A DNA stretch of 54,716 nt, filler included, from Catajapyx aquilonaris (lineage: Eukaryota): the NCBI GenBank assembly GCA_000934665.2. It is 2 parts of 2 records of this genome, joined end to end, with 100 filler letters (N's around TTAATTAATTAA, not from the genome) between each part and the next. Parts side by side here need not be neighbours in the genome. Positions count along the whole stretch, not along the records: positions 1 to 27,312 come from KZ539280.1; 1 more part is not named here. One strand, 5' to 3'. Below, one piece after another: positions 1 to 12,584 of the stretch. The translations under genes were made by a program, and so were the position numbers. The notes beneath the pieces were generated by a model, which ran no database searches, was not told where the DNA came from, and saw only the letters and a list, made by a program, of their open reading frames with translations. Numbering within the stretch: the stretch's first letter is position 1; each line of letters opens with the position of its first letter.

Positions 1-293
1 CCAGGGCCGACGTCGCTGAGGATTGGATAGTGGAGGATGCGCTGATGGAAAGGGGTATCGGGGTGGGGGAAAGCGGGGGAGGAGGTGGGGTCGGGGATAG
101 GGGCGGAGGAGGAGGTGAATTGGCCCCGAGGCTGAGGCTGGACTCCGATGTGGTAGAAAGACCTCCCGGGCTTCCGGGCGTGGGCGGCGTGTCTTCCGAA
201 GCTGCCCTGCTGCTGTCGCATGTCGATTCAGCCCTCTTGCTTGATGAATTGTTACTGCCTCCTAGCTGCGACTGCATCTGCTGTTGTTGCAAC
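1..293 (-). CDS. Six3/Optix: Six3/6 (Optix) exon 2, 3' end outside the window
   Basis: Exon 1 ends AAA AAC CG|gtaagt (phase 2). Joining it to tttcattttctattggag|G TTG CAA CAA CAG CAG gives AKNR-LQQQQMQSQLGG..., matching the AKNRLQ(H/Q)Q junction of Six3/Six6. The frame stays open and Ser/Pro-rich to position 1. Confidence 0.85.
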
Positions 294-951
294 CTCCAAT
301 AGAAAATGAAATTGCTATTATTAATAGGTGTAATCTCACTTGCCTTGTTTAGACAACTATCAGATCAAAACATGGGTTGATTTTTCGTTCATCTACTATA
401 CTTCTGCTATAGTTAGGACCATGCTTTCTCATGGGTTTTCAGCAGGTTTGTTGACTTTAGCAGAGGACGAAATAATCTACCCATTTACATCGTCCATACA
501 AAATCACAATCTAATTCTCTTGTTTTGGTATGTCTGAACCTTGTTAGAAGCGTTTTTAGAAATGATTAACATGACATTTTTGTTGCTAAGAGAAAAGTTC
601 ATTCTAGCCTAACTAGTACGGCATTCACCTGTAATACCAAGAAAATATACAGAAAAATCCTTGACCAGGATAGGTGGAACTAATCTCAGGAACCAGGACA
701 GCCTCAATGCCATTACACCTTATTAACCTTCATCGATAAAAAAGTAACAACGGCATCGCTCATTCATATCCGTAGTTGTCATAGGCTCATTGCCAACCTG
801 TCTTTTTAATAGATGGAATATCCGAAGGATAATATGCAGTCAAACACGTAGACTAATATTTAAGTGTAATAGCCGAGCAGAATACACACTGCTCAAATTT
901 GTCCCCTAAAACTGTGAAGTATTGGTAGGCACTGAGATGGTATAATATATA

Positions 952-1162
952 TAGGGTGTTTCAACTTTTTTGTCCGAACAGTTATCGGAAATATTGCACT
1001 ATAAGCTGCTACTTTGTAAGCAGTGACTTGCAACCGGTTTGTCGGAGGAATGGGGAATATTCCCTGCGAATCTTAGGTTGAAGTGGCATACACTGCTACC
1101 AAAGTAGCAGCCTAGTGCAATATTTCTGATAACTGTTCTGACAAAAAAGTTGAAACACCCTG
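952..1162. mobile_element. Tc1/mariner-type MITE with long terminal inverted repeats
   Basis: Left arm tagggtgtttcaacttttttgtccgaacagttatcggaaatattgcacta is the near-perfect reverse complement of right arm tagtgcaatatttctgataactgttctgacaaaaaagttgaaacaccctg. Flanks are TA-rich. Confidence 0.85.
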
Positions 1163-4100
1163 ATATAATACAGTTTTTAAATAGTACATGTAAATAGTAG
1201 GTAAGGTCCAAATAAATCCGACACACTTTCTGTCTCGTTCCAACAGCCACTCTGACACACTGAGCAACGGTGCCCGAAGATGGGAAAAACTCTCGACTAT
1301 ATACAGGAGCAGAGGTAAGTGTTTGCCAAAGAAGGCCGAGCATGCAGTCTGACGGTGGAGTCGAGTGTGTACAAAATATCCATGTATGGACAGCAGGGTC
1401 GAAAAGAAGCCCCCAGGTTTGGCGCCTTGTCCCGAGTCAAAACAAGAGTCCGCCAGCTCGCCTCCTGACTTCCGGCCCTGGAACAAAGGCAACGATCCAC
1501 CCGACCTCTGTCGCTAGACTCCCCGGTCTACCAAGCTCTTCTCTCCCCATACCAAAATATGCTGGTCATCATCTCATCCGTCTCTCAGACACTCTCTCAC
1601 ACTCCACTTGGCCTTCAACGGCCTTCCCGTCCCCACTTGAGCCCAGCATGGCTCCCCTTTTCACACACAACTTGATTTCTACTCATTGCATATTACCAAA
1701 ATGCAACTTTAGGATTTATCAAAGCTGCATCGGTTGGCTCCTCCTCCTGCCTTTCAATTACCCCACCTACATTGCACCAACAGATATCATGCATTTCCAG
1801 GGTTCGTTTCTTCCTTCTGCGGCTGCCTCCAGGCCGCGCCCTATGCGTGCGCAGATGATTCCGTCACCGGGAGCGTACAACAGGAGGAGGGGATCAAAGT
1901 GCTACCCTATCATGGGGGGAGGGGGGGAAGGAGGGGAAAAGCAGCCAAACTAGTCCGATGCTGCCATGGACAAGTTTTATGCGAATATTGCCACCAATTG
2001 GAAGACGTAGGCGCAGAAATGGGTGGTAGCTGTTAAGAATATTGCAATCGGTTGATTTTGGCGATTTCGGATTCTGGCAGAATAATTTCGTCATGGTCAT
2101 CCTACTGGTTATGCTATCCTCCAACCACCATTGCTAGATGGGTCGCCTAACTCGCAGGATATTTTAAAACCATTCCTAATATGCTAAAAATGAACGTCTA
2201 TTCTCTCTGTAAAATCGCCAAATACCAATTGGAATATCGTACTGTTTACCACTCATGCATATGGGAGTCAATATCAATATCCCATTTTTTCAATAATGTG
2301 ATTATGATATGCGTTAGAACTAAAGCCATTTTCGTCGCTATGTCTATGCCGAAACACCTCTGTTTCTATTCATCCCCATGATGGCAACGCCGAGTTGAAA
2401 TGGAACTCATCGTTGTAGGTTTCATCTGCAAAAAGCTCTGGAGTATTATCCCTGCAAAATGTGCGCTGGTACATTGTAGTGTGGAAGATGAAACCCTGGA
2501 ATGGTGTTCATTGAGACCTTTTGCGAGGATAATGCTCGATAACTATCCGGTGCCCCCCATGCAGCTGGCAAGAATGGTTGAAATTGGGCGTGAATATTTG
2601 ATCTGCGCGAATGTGAGCAGAGGTGGTTGAATAAATGTGTGTTTGCGCGAGAGGGAGATGGAAGAGTGGGAGCGAGGATGGGAGGGAGGACATGTGTGTG
2701 TGTGTGGGTGGGTGTGTGGATGTGTGTAGTCGGGTATGCATCAGCAGCAGTAGCGGCAGAGTAGTTCCCAAAAGCAACACGGTCGGGAAGCGGATTGATT
2801 GGGCGCCTGTTGTTTCTGGTGCTAAATGATCCGCTGCATTACAAACAGCTGAATGAAGTGTCAAAACACAACATGATTAGCAGCACTAATAGTGACTGCT
2901 ATCAATTGATATGAGGCTGGCTGCCTCCGCAATACTCCGCATTATTTGTAGAGTAAACCCAGTCTATTAGAGTTGGGGCTTGGTGGNACTAGTGCTGGGT
3001 GGGGTGGGTGGGTGAGTGGGGTGCTGCAAACACATCGATCGACAGAAAGGGGCTGTAAGTAGGCTGCTAGTTAAATTGACCACTTCACAAGGCGGGAGGA
3101 ATATCGACACGTGGAGAGCCAAAGGTCAAAGTGATGCTTTGCTTGCTACACTTATTGCTTCACTTGGCCAGGGAAGGACACCTCCCTTGCTGCTACTTAT
3201 ATATCTGCTTCAAATGGCTCCCTCCGACCACCATCAAAAACCTTACCAATCTTGTGGGTTGTTGGAAGCAGGAAATGTATGAATAAGTATAGCGGTGTTT
3301 GGTCAGATTATAGCGGAAACTGCTGTACTGAAGTATATTCCAGCCAGCTAAGCAAGAGAATTGGGAAGATGTCCCCACCACCCTTTTAGCCCGAGGGCAG
3401 CCCTTGGGTGGACGATGGCGCACACTGCAAAACAAGGGGGAACATGACAGACAAGGACAATAACAAGTGCCTGAGGCCAATATTGACTGGCTCCTGTTGA
3501 GCTGTAATATGTGTACAGGGCGTAGATGCAGCTGCTAGCCCAATAAGTTGCGAGCCTTGTGGCTTCTTCTTTTCTTTCCCATGCCAAACAAGCCGCCCAC
3601 TTCTATTTCCCCCCCCCCCACCCCCTCATATCCCATCTATAACCAGGCCATATTTCGGCGTCATCATGTGATGGTGAGGCTGTCCTGACTGGTCGCATCT
3701 CGCTTCTCTAATCGGATGAGATTGCCTCCCCGACGCAACCCTATAATCCGTCTTCAGACACTTTTCAATAAGTCTGCGCCTTGGATTAGATCCCTGTATC
3801 CCGTCCAATCGGCATGGCCCCAGGGAACGAACCAAAGCCAGGAAGGAATGGAGGAAGGGAAGTAAGAAATAAAGCATGAGTTACATATAGACGTGTTTCT
3901 AAGCATCATCCATATATATATATATATACGTTGAATTTTCCGGTTATATTTGGAGCAGGGGGCCAATGCCGTCACCGTGTGATGAACCAATGATATAGGG
4001 TGAGACAAAGGAGCTGTGAGGGAAGTGAGAGGGCGGAAGGTAATAGGGCAGGAAGACGTGTGTTGCGGAAGCGACTTATTGAGAAAGCAATTTCGTATCC

Positions 4101-6891
4101 GGAGCAGCCAGCCCCGGTTCTCTTGTGCTGGTGGTTGCCTTCAATCCGAGCCTAAGTGACTGCCGAGGCTTAATCAGGCGGAAGAGAAGGGAGCCTTTCC
4201 TTCACCTCTGCCATTGCCAGTCTCAAGGGCTCTTCGTCACACTCACCTCCAAACGTTATTTCCATAAAATGGTGGCCATGATTGTACAGTACACCACTTA
4301 TATACCTACTCTGCTACATGCACAGGCCTAACTTTGTAATTTCCATCAACTCTGATTGATTGACACACAGTAACTCACAAATGTCAGGCCTTACTCTGTT
4401 ACGCGTTAATGTGCTGCATAATACGGGACACTAGGCACGTAATTAACGTCGCACACATCATAGTTATGGAACTATATAGTGACTATATGTGGGTAGCACC
4501 TTCATGCGGGGGGGAAATATTTTCAGTGGCGTTGTTTTCGGGGTACGGGCTCAAAATTTGTAGTGTTGTTCGCAACTTTTGCACGCTGTGGAATTGGATG
4601 TCATTTTGAGTGGCGTTGTGTTCACTGCCTCGTGCATGTGCTGGTGGGTACTGGGATAATGGAAATTTATCAATTCATTTTTAGACGAAAATCCTGACGA
4701 ATTTACGGTTCATTGCATTCTGTATGTTCAAATGTAACTTGCTCAGGTTATCGATGGTACAATACAATGTAAATAAAGCAACGATTCCTTGTTTACACAT
4801 ATACTGAACATCGCAAAGGTGCATTAAAGTACGGCAAGCTTCTCACCAACATAGGGACTATCGGCTCATGGATACTTGCGTGCAGAAGTGGCAAAGTATG
4901 CCTTAATAGTCCTTTTCATAGGTACGCTGCTTAAATTCCAGTTGTAATGATATATAATGTGGTAGGTACAGTAGGCCTACGTATAGACTAACCAGTACGA
5001 AGCGTATATAACATTTCTTGGCATGGGAGTAGGCGAAGGACTTCGTGCCGTCAACATATGGGTTGAAAAATGCGGCAATTTTCAGTGAACAATTTAACAG
5101 GAAGCTCATGTTGTTGACTTTCGATGGCGGGAACAGGATCAAACAACTCGTATACACCCAAAAACAACATTGCGGGATATATACCGTCCGCATTATAAAT
5201 AAAATTATCTTTATCTAAATCCAACTTTCCAATTTTAACAAAGCATAAGTTATGTAATTAGATACAGTATATCTGAAAAAGAAACTGCACATTTCCTGCA
5301 GTGACTGTCCACTTTAATGGTGCTTTTCAATCCTGACAATAACTTTAACTGAATGGAATGATCATTCTCTACGTCAAATCCACTCTGATGATTCTCGTGT
5401 GTGTCCAGCATCGTATATATAGTCAGCCAGACACCCTTGGATTGCTTCGTCTCATCGTGTGATAATAAGATTCTTCGCAGTATAAAATACTATACCTCAA
5501 AACCTGTAGTCTTTGAGCTATTCCAATTTAATGTATATAGCTTACTCTTCGTATGTGACAGACAAATTATAATTATCATATTTGAAAATCATTCGAAAAT
5601 CCCATGGGGGAATCAGACCATTTCTGTACATCCGGAAGCAAAAGCATTGTTCCACAATGTAACTGGTTCACAAAATGAGAACCCATCACGCTTGTTAAAT
5701 AATAAAACTCATAGCCTACAAAATTAAGTCATGGAACGTAAATGTTGCATATATAAATAAACAAATATTAATTCATGATGTCGTATACGGTTTTGTGTTT
5801 CAAGCAGGAGATTGCCGCATTGTGATATGTTGATAGAGGTTTATAGGTGTTGGTGTCTAATATTGTCACAAAATTATGTAAGTGCACTGAGGCGTCTCAC
5901 ATTCGTGTTTAGACAAATTCGCGCTCCTTTACCCCTCCTACATTTTTCATTATTTTTTCAGGTACCGGTATCATATGACTAACATATCGGTCCATGTTTC
6001 AAGCCAACAGCAGCAATCATCCGATTCCTCCAGGCCCATGTGTAAACCCGGTGAGTCAGGCACCAATTTTTCCCATTTTGATTATCACTTTTTCCCTCTC
6101 TCTCCTTCTCTCCTTCTCTCTCTCTCTTTCTGGTCGTTCTCCTCCATCACCCCTCCACAACACTCCCCTTGTACGATGTAGTCCCACTCCCATCCAAGTC
6201 TTCCTTTTTGAGCTGCGTTCGCTAACTAGTTGGCAGAGTGAAGATTATGAGATTAGGGCGCGCCGTTTGAGGCCGATCCTCGTGGCCCCCTCTTCAATGC
6301 AATTTTCATAACAAGTGGAAGGGAGCAAAACTATTTTCTGTACAAACGACGAAAGATCAGAAATTAGTTTTCCTTCACGCATTCAACAAACTTATTGAAG
6401 TTAATTTTCCGACTGATTAGAGTTAATCCAATTGTTAGTCAAGTACCAATCCAATAAGCTGGGAGCGGCACCCAACTCCAGCCGTAGCCAGGGCAACACG
6501 ACCGACGACTCCTTTCAACGGGGATTTCCTCCCAAGTCTGGATGATGGGGCAGGAAATTACCAGCATGGCGCCAACTCTCACGCTTTCCAATCCATGCAA
6601 ATTGGATACGGGACCACCAATTTAGGCTCGCCCTGCTCAAACTTAACCTGCCTGCGCGGCCCTACCCACCTAGCAGCCACTACGTACGTACCCTGCAAAC
6701 TCACACTGTCCATTTTGGAATAATTGTGACACCCTCCGTACCCTCAAGATGGAGTTAGAGCGGAGTTAGTGGTTTTGACAAGAGATGGCGGGGTGGGTAG
6801 CTACCTGGGAGAAGGTTTCGTGTTGTGTAAGTCAGTCGTGAGACGCTGGTACGAGGCTAGTTTTAAAGAGGTTGTTGGCATTATTGGCAAC

Positions 6892-7204
6892 CAGGGGCGG
6901 ATCCAGGAATTTTTTCAGGGAGGGGCACAAGGGAACTTCTCTGGGGGGAGGGGGCAGGGCCCGCCGCATGCGAAAATTTTTCCGGTTCAAGGTCACAACC
7001 CTATCTCGCGACCCCAAATTTGGGGTCGCAACCGCAAAATGGAAAAGAACCCATAGAACAGTGCAATTTTGCACTGTTCTAGAGGGTTTTTGCGAGTTTC
7101 CCCCCCGTTTCTTTCAGGTTTTTTTTTTTTTCAGTTTTTCCCCCCTCTGTGGGAGCTCTGGGGGGGGGNGACGTGCCCCCGTGCCCCCCCTAAATCCGCC
7201 ACTG
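6892..7204. mobile_element. hAT-type non-autonomous element
   Basis: Termini CAGGGGCGGAT...ATCCGCCACTG. Exact 8-bp TSD ttggcaac at 6884-6891 and 7205-7212. A second copy of the left end starts at 53411. Confidence 0.85.
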
Positions 7205-7281
7205 TTGGCAACCTTGAGTGACTGGGGTCCAATGAGGTAACCCCTCTCCCAAAAAGTGTACACCAGATCCTGGAACAGGGT

Positions 7282-7322
7282 GGTTCCAACCCGGTTCCAA
7301 CCCGGTTCCAACCCGGTTCCAA
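7282..7322. repeat. 11-bp tandem repeat (ggttccaaccc) x ~3.7
   Basis: Direct reading: ggttccaacccggttccaacccggttccaacccggttccaa. Confidence 0.9.
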
Positions 7323-10300
7323 GCCGCTTCTACGAAGTGGTTACCCCCTCACTGACAATGAGAGAAGAGATGACCTAAGGAGTCGGTTAGGTTGCCGTTT
7401 CCAGCGTACTCTAGTAGAACGGTATTACCGAGCTTACTAGTTTTGACACATGAGGCGCCTGTAAGCAGCAATTGTTTTCCTGGTCGGTCGCTTTGCTGCT
7501 AATAAATCACGAATTCCCTATTGGCAGGAAAGGAATGATGGATCCAGCAGGTCGTTCAATTGTTGTGCATCGGCAGCAGAGCAATCCAGCGGCGATTGGC
7601 CGCCTGCTTCATGGGGGCTCCGTAACCCCACCGTCATTTGTCTGCTAGGCGAAAAAGGAGGAAAGGCAAGGGTGGGGGTGGGAGGCGGAAATAATGATGA
7701 TGAGAGGACAGGAGGGGTGGGAGTCAGGAGGGAGGGAAGGGAGGGCTGCCGGGGGGGACACTTTGACACCCGCCAAAGCCCAGCCAGCATAATGGGCCCA
7801 TTTGCCATCATTTCCCCAATACTTTGCAGCCCTCGCCAGGGTTATTAATGACCTCCCCGGCCGCGCGAAATACGGGGCTCCCGGATTTCTACCTCTTGCC
7901 TTCCGAGCCGCTGCTGAATTTTTTACCGACCCCAGCCGCTCGTGACAAATTAAGCCGCTGTTTCTTTTCCTGATGGCGACTCCATTCCGAACCCAAAGTG
8001 GGTGGGTGGGGGTGGGAATAAGTCAAGGAGGACTGGAAAAGGAAGAGAAAAATATCTGGGGGGGAAAAAGGGAAGGGGAAAAAAATTAGGATCCTGGGTG
8101 AAACTCCAATCAAGTGACTAACGAATATGTCAAAAATTATCCATCAATTTGCATAATATCAAAAATGTTTTGTACAAACGCACAGTAGCATTGTGAATAT
8201 TAGGAAAATTGCTGATGTCCATTAAAAAAAACATACACTACACTTAAAGAACTACAACAGGATGAACCTATGACCTTGCGCGTATAACTTGCAAATATGA
8301 AGTTATAGCTGAGTAAATGGAAGCCTGATTGCTTGAGTAACAAACGAGCACCGGCAGTGCCGCTGTGCTTAGAAGGAATTTCATGGGTATTTATCATCCG
8401 TGCCTTTTGTCTTCGCAAAACGACTTCTTCTAGGCCTCTTTATCACCTGCTGAAGGCACCATCTTCTTAAGGTGAGCTGGATATCTTACACGCAGGCGTC
8501 TGCTACTGTGTTGCTCAATTATTTTTTTTACGTGACTTTGAGCACCTGATTGCTGTAATCGTGTGAATGGCCGACGAGCGAGCAGGCGGTCTTCCGGAGC
8601 AAATATTGAGGACCGATAGTCAACAGATCAGGTGTTTTAATTGCGATTGGCATGGGTAGTGAAGGGGTGCTAATGAAATGGCGTCGAAAAGAGCAGTGCG
8701 GATTGATGCTCCTGGGTATAGGTTGTGTGCATGTGGGTTAGGTTGGATTGAGCTGCATTGTATTATACTGCTGGTAGGAGGCGCCAGAGTGAGTGAGTGA
8801 GCATCGCATGGATTCATCCATCCATCGCTAGCTGCCAATGGAAATGATTGATTGGCGCGGCCCACACCATGATACAGCAGGTAATGGCCGGCTGCAGCTC
8901 ACAAGAGGATGAAATCAAGCAAGCAAGGCCGGATAATGAGTTTTTCAACCGTAATTATAGATTAATATTGATTGGGCCCATCGCGTGCTACTCACTGATG
9001 CCTCTTCTCCGGCTCGATTCAGGGACGAATATATGCTGTCATGCTTATGTCAGAGCGTTATGTTGTTTGGGTGGGTATGTGTCAGGTTGGAATTTTTATA
9101 GGAGGAATGGTTCTACCTTGGACGTTTGCATGGGGGTTAATTAATTGTGTTAGTGAAAGTGTAATGGGGTGAAATGCGGTCATTAGTCTCGCTTGATATT
9201 TTACACGCATTTTCTTCTTTTCCCTGTTTTGTGTCAATTCCAGCCTCGGGAGACCTAGTTATCCTTTCGTCACTGTCCATAAATGATAAGCTAATCAAGT
9301 TATAGTTAGATTCATAACCATTTGGCTTATAGTTAGACACTGACCATAAAATGCGTTGAATTCAATAGGTTACGAGCGATATTTTTTCACTAAGGACTTT
9401 CTTCTAAATTTCTAAGACGTAACAACTGTTAGTTAATATAGGTTATTTCAGATCAGTTTTTGAGATAATCGCATGCCAATTTCGGTTTCCTTATATTTCT
9501 TACACTTGTGGAATGGAAGTCATAATAGGCCTACCACCACTCTACCCACCGCACCGTCTGGTCGCCTGATATGATGCACAGAATACAAGAGTAATGGACG
9601 GTATATCGTAACATATCAAAATTAACATGCGATTATCTCCGCAATGAAGAGAAATCTCCAAAATTAATTGGAGACATTTTGTATTAGAAAATCGCTAGGA
9701 ACGTGAGTCCGAGAGAAAGTACGTTTTGCACCGCCCTGTTTAGCTGTTTTCTAATATTATAGTGACTATGAAAATGCAGTATACGCTGTTGGTGACCTCA
9801 CGCTGCAGCCAACTAATTCAAAACGTATTATTACAGTCGTGCGATTCAGGACAATATGCCAATAATAGTCATTGTAACATTTTTGAATCGCCATTATCAT
9901 CACCTCAAGCTTTTCCGTGGTTTATGTTAATGCCTTAATGGTGCATGCATTTAAATACGGTGGTGTTCCTGTTGAAATTTCCGTATAAATTATTATTAGG
10001 CCTACTGGTTATCGATTTTTCCCGCATTAAGTTGTTCATTAAGGAGCAGTAACTTTAGCACAGTTACTTAGTTATAATTATAGAAAACATAAACACTAAT
10101 CTTAGGCTAAAGGTAATTCATTCAGCCCTCAATTGTAATTTATTTGTTCTTCGCATTACGCGTGTACTATTGTTGCAAAGTGATTAGTCTCGTTAATTAA
10201 AATTACTGCCTCATTATTGCCGATTCCCGATTAGTAACCAATGTGACACAATGAAATGGTTGTGGAGTCACGGTCAAGTTTAAATCAACAACTATACGAA

Positions 10301-12293
10301 TCTTACACATCTGACAAAGCGAGAAGGGCGACGAAAAACAAGGTGTCATATGAGAACGCGATCATGTAGTTTCTCATTCAAATGCGAAGTTGAATAATTT
10401 GCTGGGCTGCAAAGTCAACCCGAATAGAGCTGAATGCAGGCAGCGGGCAGCATAGCAAACGGAAATGGGAAATGCATTGTTGACCGCAGACTCTGAGGTT
10501 CAAGTAGGCCTGCCAAGTTAGTCGCTACTGTTGAATATAGTGCTGGAGCGTCCTTTATCCGCCAGCAAGTCGAATGGCAGCTGCTGTGCTTTGAAACCCG
10601 GCAAGCAAACCATGCATCATGCGACCAGGCAGCAGCCATATAGTCCTTTGGCCCATCCGCCCAAAATCAAAAGGAGCTTGCCACAAAAAAAAAACCGTCC
10701 CCCTCGACAACCTTTTGTTTGTCATATCGTCCCCAACTATCTTCAACTGGGGACCTTATATGTCTTTTTCTACGTCCGGGATATCCAAACTTCGGCCTGC
10801 TGCGGGCTTTTGATGTTGGCTTGTTTTACAATCCTCTGCACCTTCTACCTTTAACTAATGACAACTGTAGCAGTCCGCCATTTTTGTTTATTTTACTCAG
10901 GCCTAGTACTGGGCCTAGTATGATTATTACCTCCATATTACGAACTTCAACTGCTTCTATCCAGCAAAAGCTTGTATACAGAATGGGATATAGGATGAAG
11001 AGCACAAGAAGGTTGTGGCGAGAAGCCATCAGGAGTCTAAGAAGATATAGGCATGTAGGAAGCCCCAAGTGAAGCCCCGCCAAGCAGGCAGCCGAGCAGC
11101 AGACATGCATAAAACATGGCAAGGATGGCGGATTAGCGCTGCCAGCCTTTCAAATGGAGGTGGAGCCGAGATAAGTTGTGCCCTGGACTTTGCAGATTTG
11201 CTTAAAGACACTTAAAGGATGTGGGGAGCAGTGGGAGGGAGGTTGCTTTCGCAGATTCTCTTCATATACTTGCGGCATTAGCAGAAGCCGCCATATTCTA
11301 TCTCTTGGATCTTATATAGGCTGATTCAGGAAAGATTCGACTCATATAAAATGTGCTATTATTCTTAGCTGGGCGAATTTTCAAAAGTGTGGGATAGTGT
11401 AATCTCGGTTCACTGGTCCTAAAAATTCCAAAATGCAATTAAAACATTTTTTTCCGACTCCGATCATTTGGATTCCTGGACATGTTTGGTCTAAGAATGC
11501 CTCCATTATCATGTTCTCAAGTTTATTTATATAATCATGCACAGTTAAGTGCTACACCGAGCTTCCGTATACTCATACATATTTCAAGAACACATTTATA
11601 ACTCTTAGCACCTGCTGGCATCAAATTAGAAATGGACGTGAATGTTTCGTCCTGGTGTCCCTACATAAGTGATTGTATAACTGGACGCCTACAGCTTAAA
11701 CACATCTGCCAAAATGCCACCGCATATGGTAGTCACACGCCTATTGCATGCATATTAGTTTTGCCACATTTCATCAAGCAGCGCATATTTTCTCCATATT
11801 TTGCTCCATGTTAGCTGTTACAGAAACGTTCCATAACTCTCACGTATACTTTATGGATATGAACATAATTTTTGTTTATTAATTTAAAAATCAGCCTATT
11901 GGTTTTCCATCGATCTATATGCACTATATAGGCCCATTAATTGTTGGCTGCACCAGGAAGAAACAAGATGCCTACAAAGGACCAGGAAACAGCTGCGGCC
12001 GAAGTTTTGGGTTCGTTTCATCTAGAGCGGTGCAAGCGAGAGGAGTAGTTGTCGGTTTGGGTGGGGCGACTCGACATTATTGCGAGGTGAGGGGGGGTTT
12101 CCAACAATCTGGTCTCCGCAGTGAAACCTTTTGGCGCCGGAAAAGGGGGGAGATTTGGCAGCCAGCCTTTAATTGGGCGGTCTGTTTGGCAGTGGTGTAC
12201 ATGCCCCCTGCTGATCCGCGTATCAAACTCCCTTTCTCACTCCAAAAACAGCCCGATTGCTCACACTCAGGGGGGTTACTGGGGGGGGGGGGG

Positions 12294-12584
12294 NNNNNNN
12301 NNNNNNNNNNNNNNNNNNNNNNNNNNNNNNNNNNNNNNNNNNNNNNNNNNNNNNNNNNNNNNNNNNNNNNNNNNNNNNNNNNNNNNNNNNNNNNNNNNNN
12401 NNNNNNNNNNNNNNNNNNNNNNNNNNNNNNNNNNNNNNNNNNNNNNNNNNNNNNNNNNNNNNNNNNNNNNNNNNNNNNNNNNNNNNNNNNNNNNNNNNNN
12501 NNNNNNNNNNNNNNNNNNNNNNNNNNNNNNNNNNNNNNNNNNNNNNNNNNNNNNNNNNNNNNNNNNNNNNNNNNNNNNNNNNNN
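12294..12584. other. Assembly gap flanked by poly-G
   Basis: Run of N. Confidence 0.99.

Noticed and set aside
30..302. Plus-strand Gly-rich 90-aa ORF
   Set aside because: Antisense to Six3 exon 2.
1270..1953. 227-aa plus-strand ORF in the Six3 intron
   Set aside because: Non-ATG start, no recognisable domain, and it crosses a strong splice donor; composition looks non-coding.
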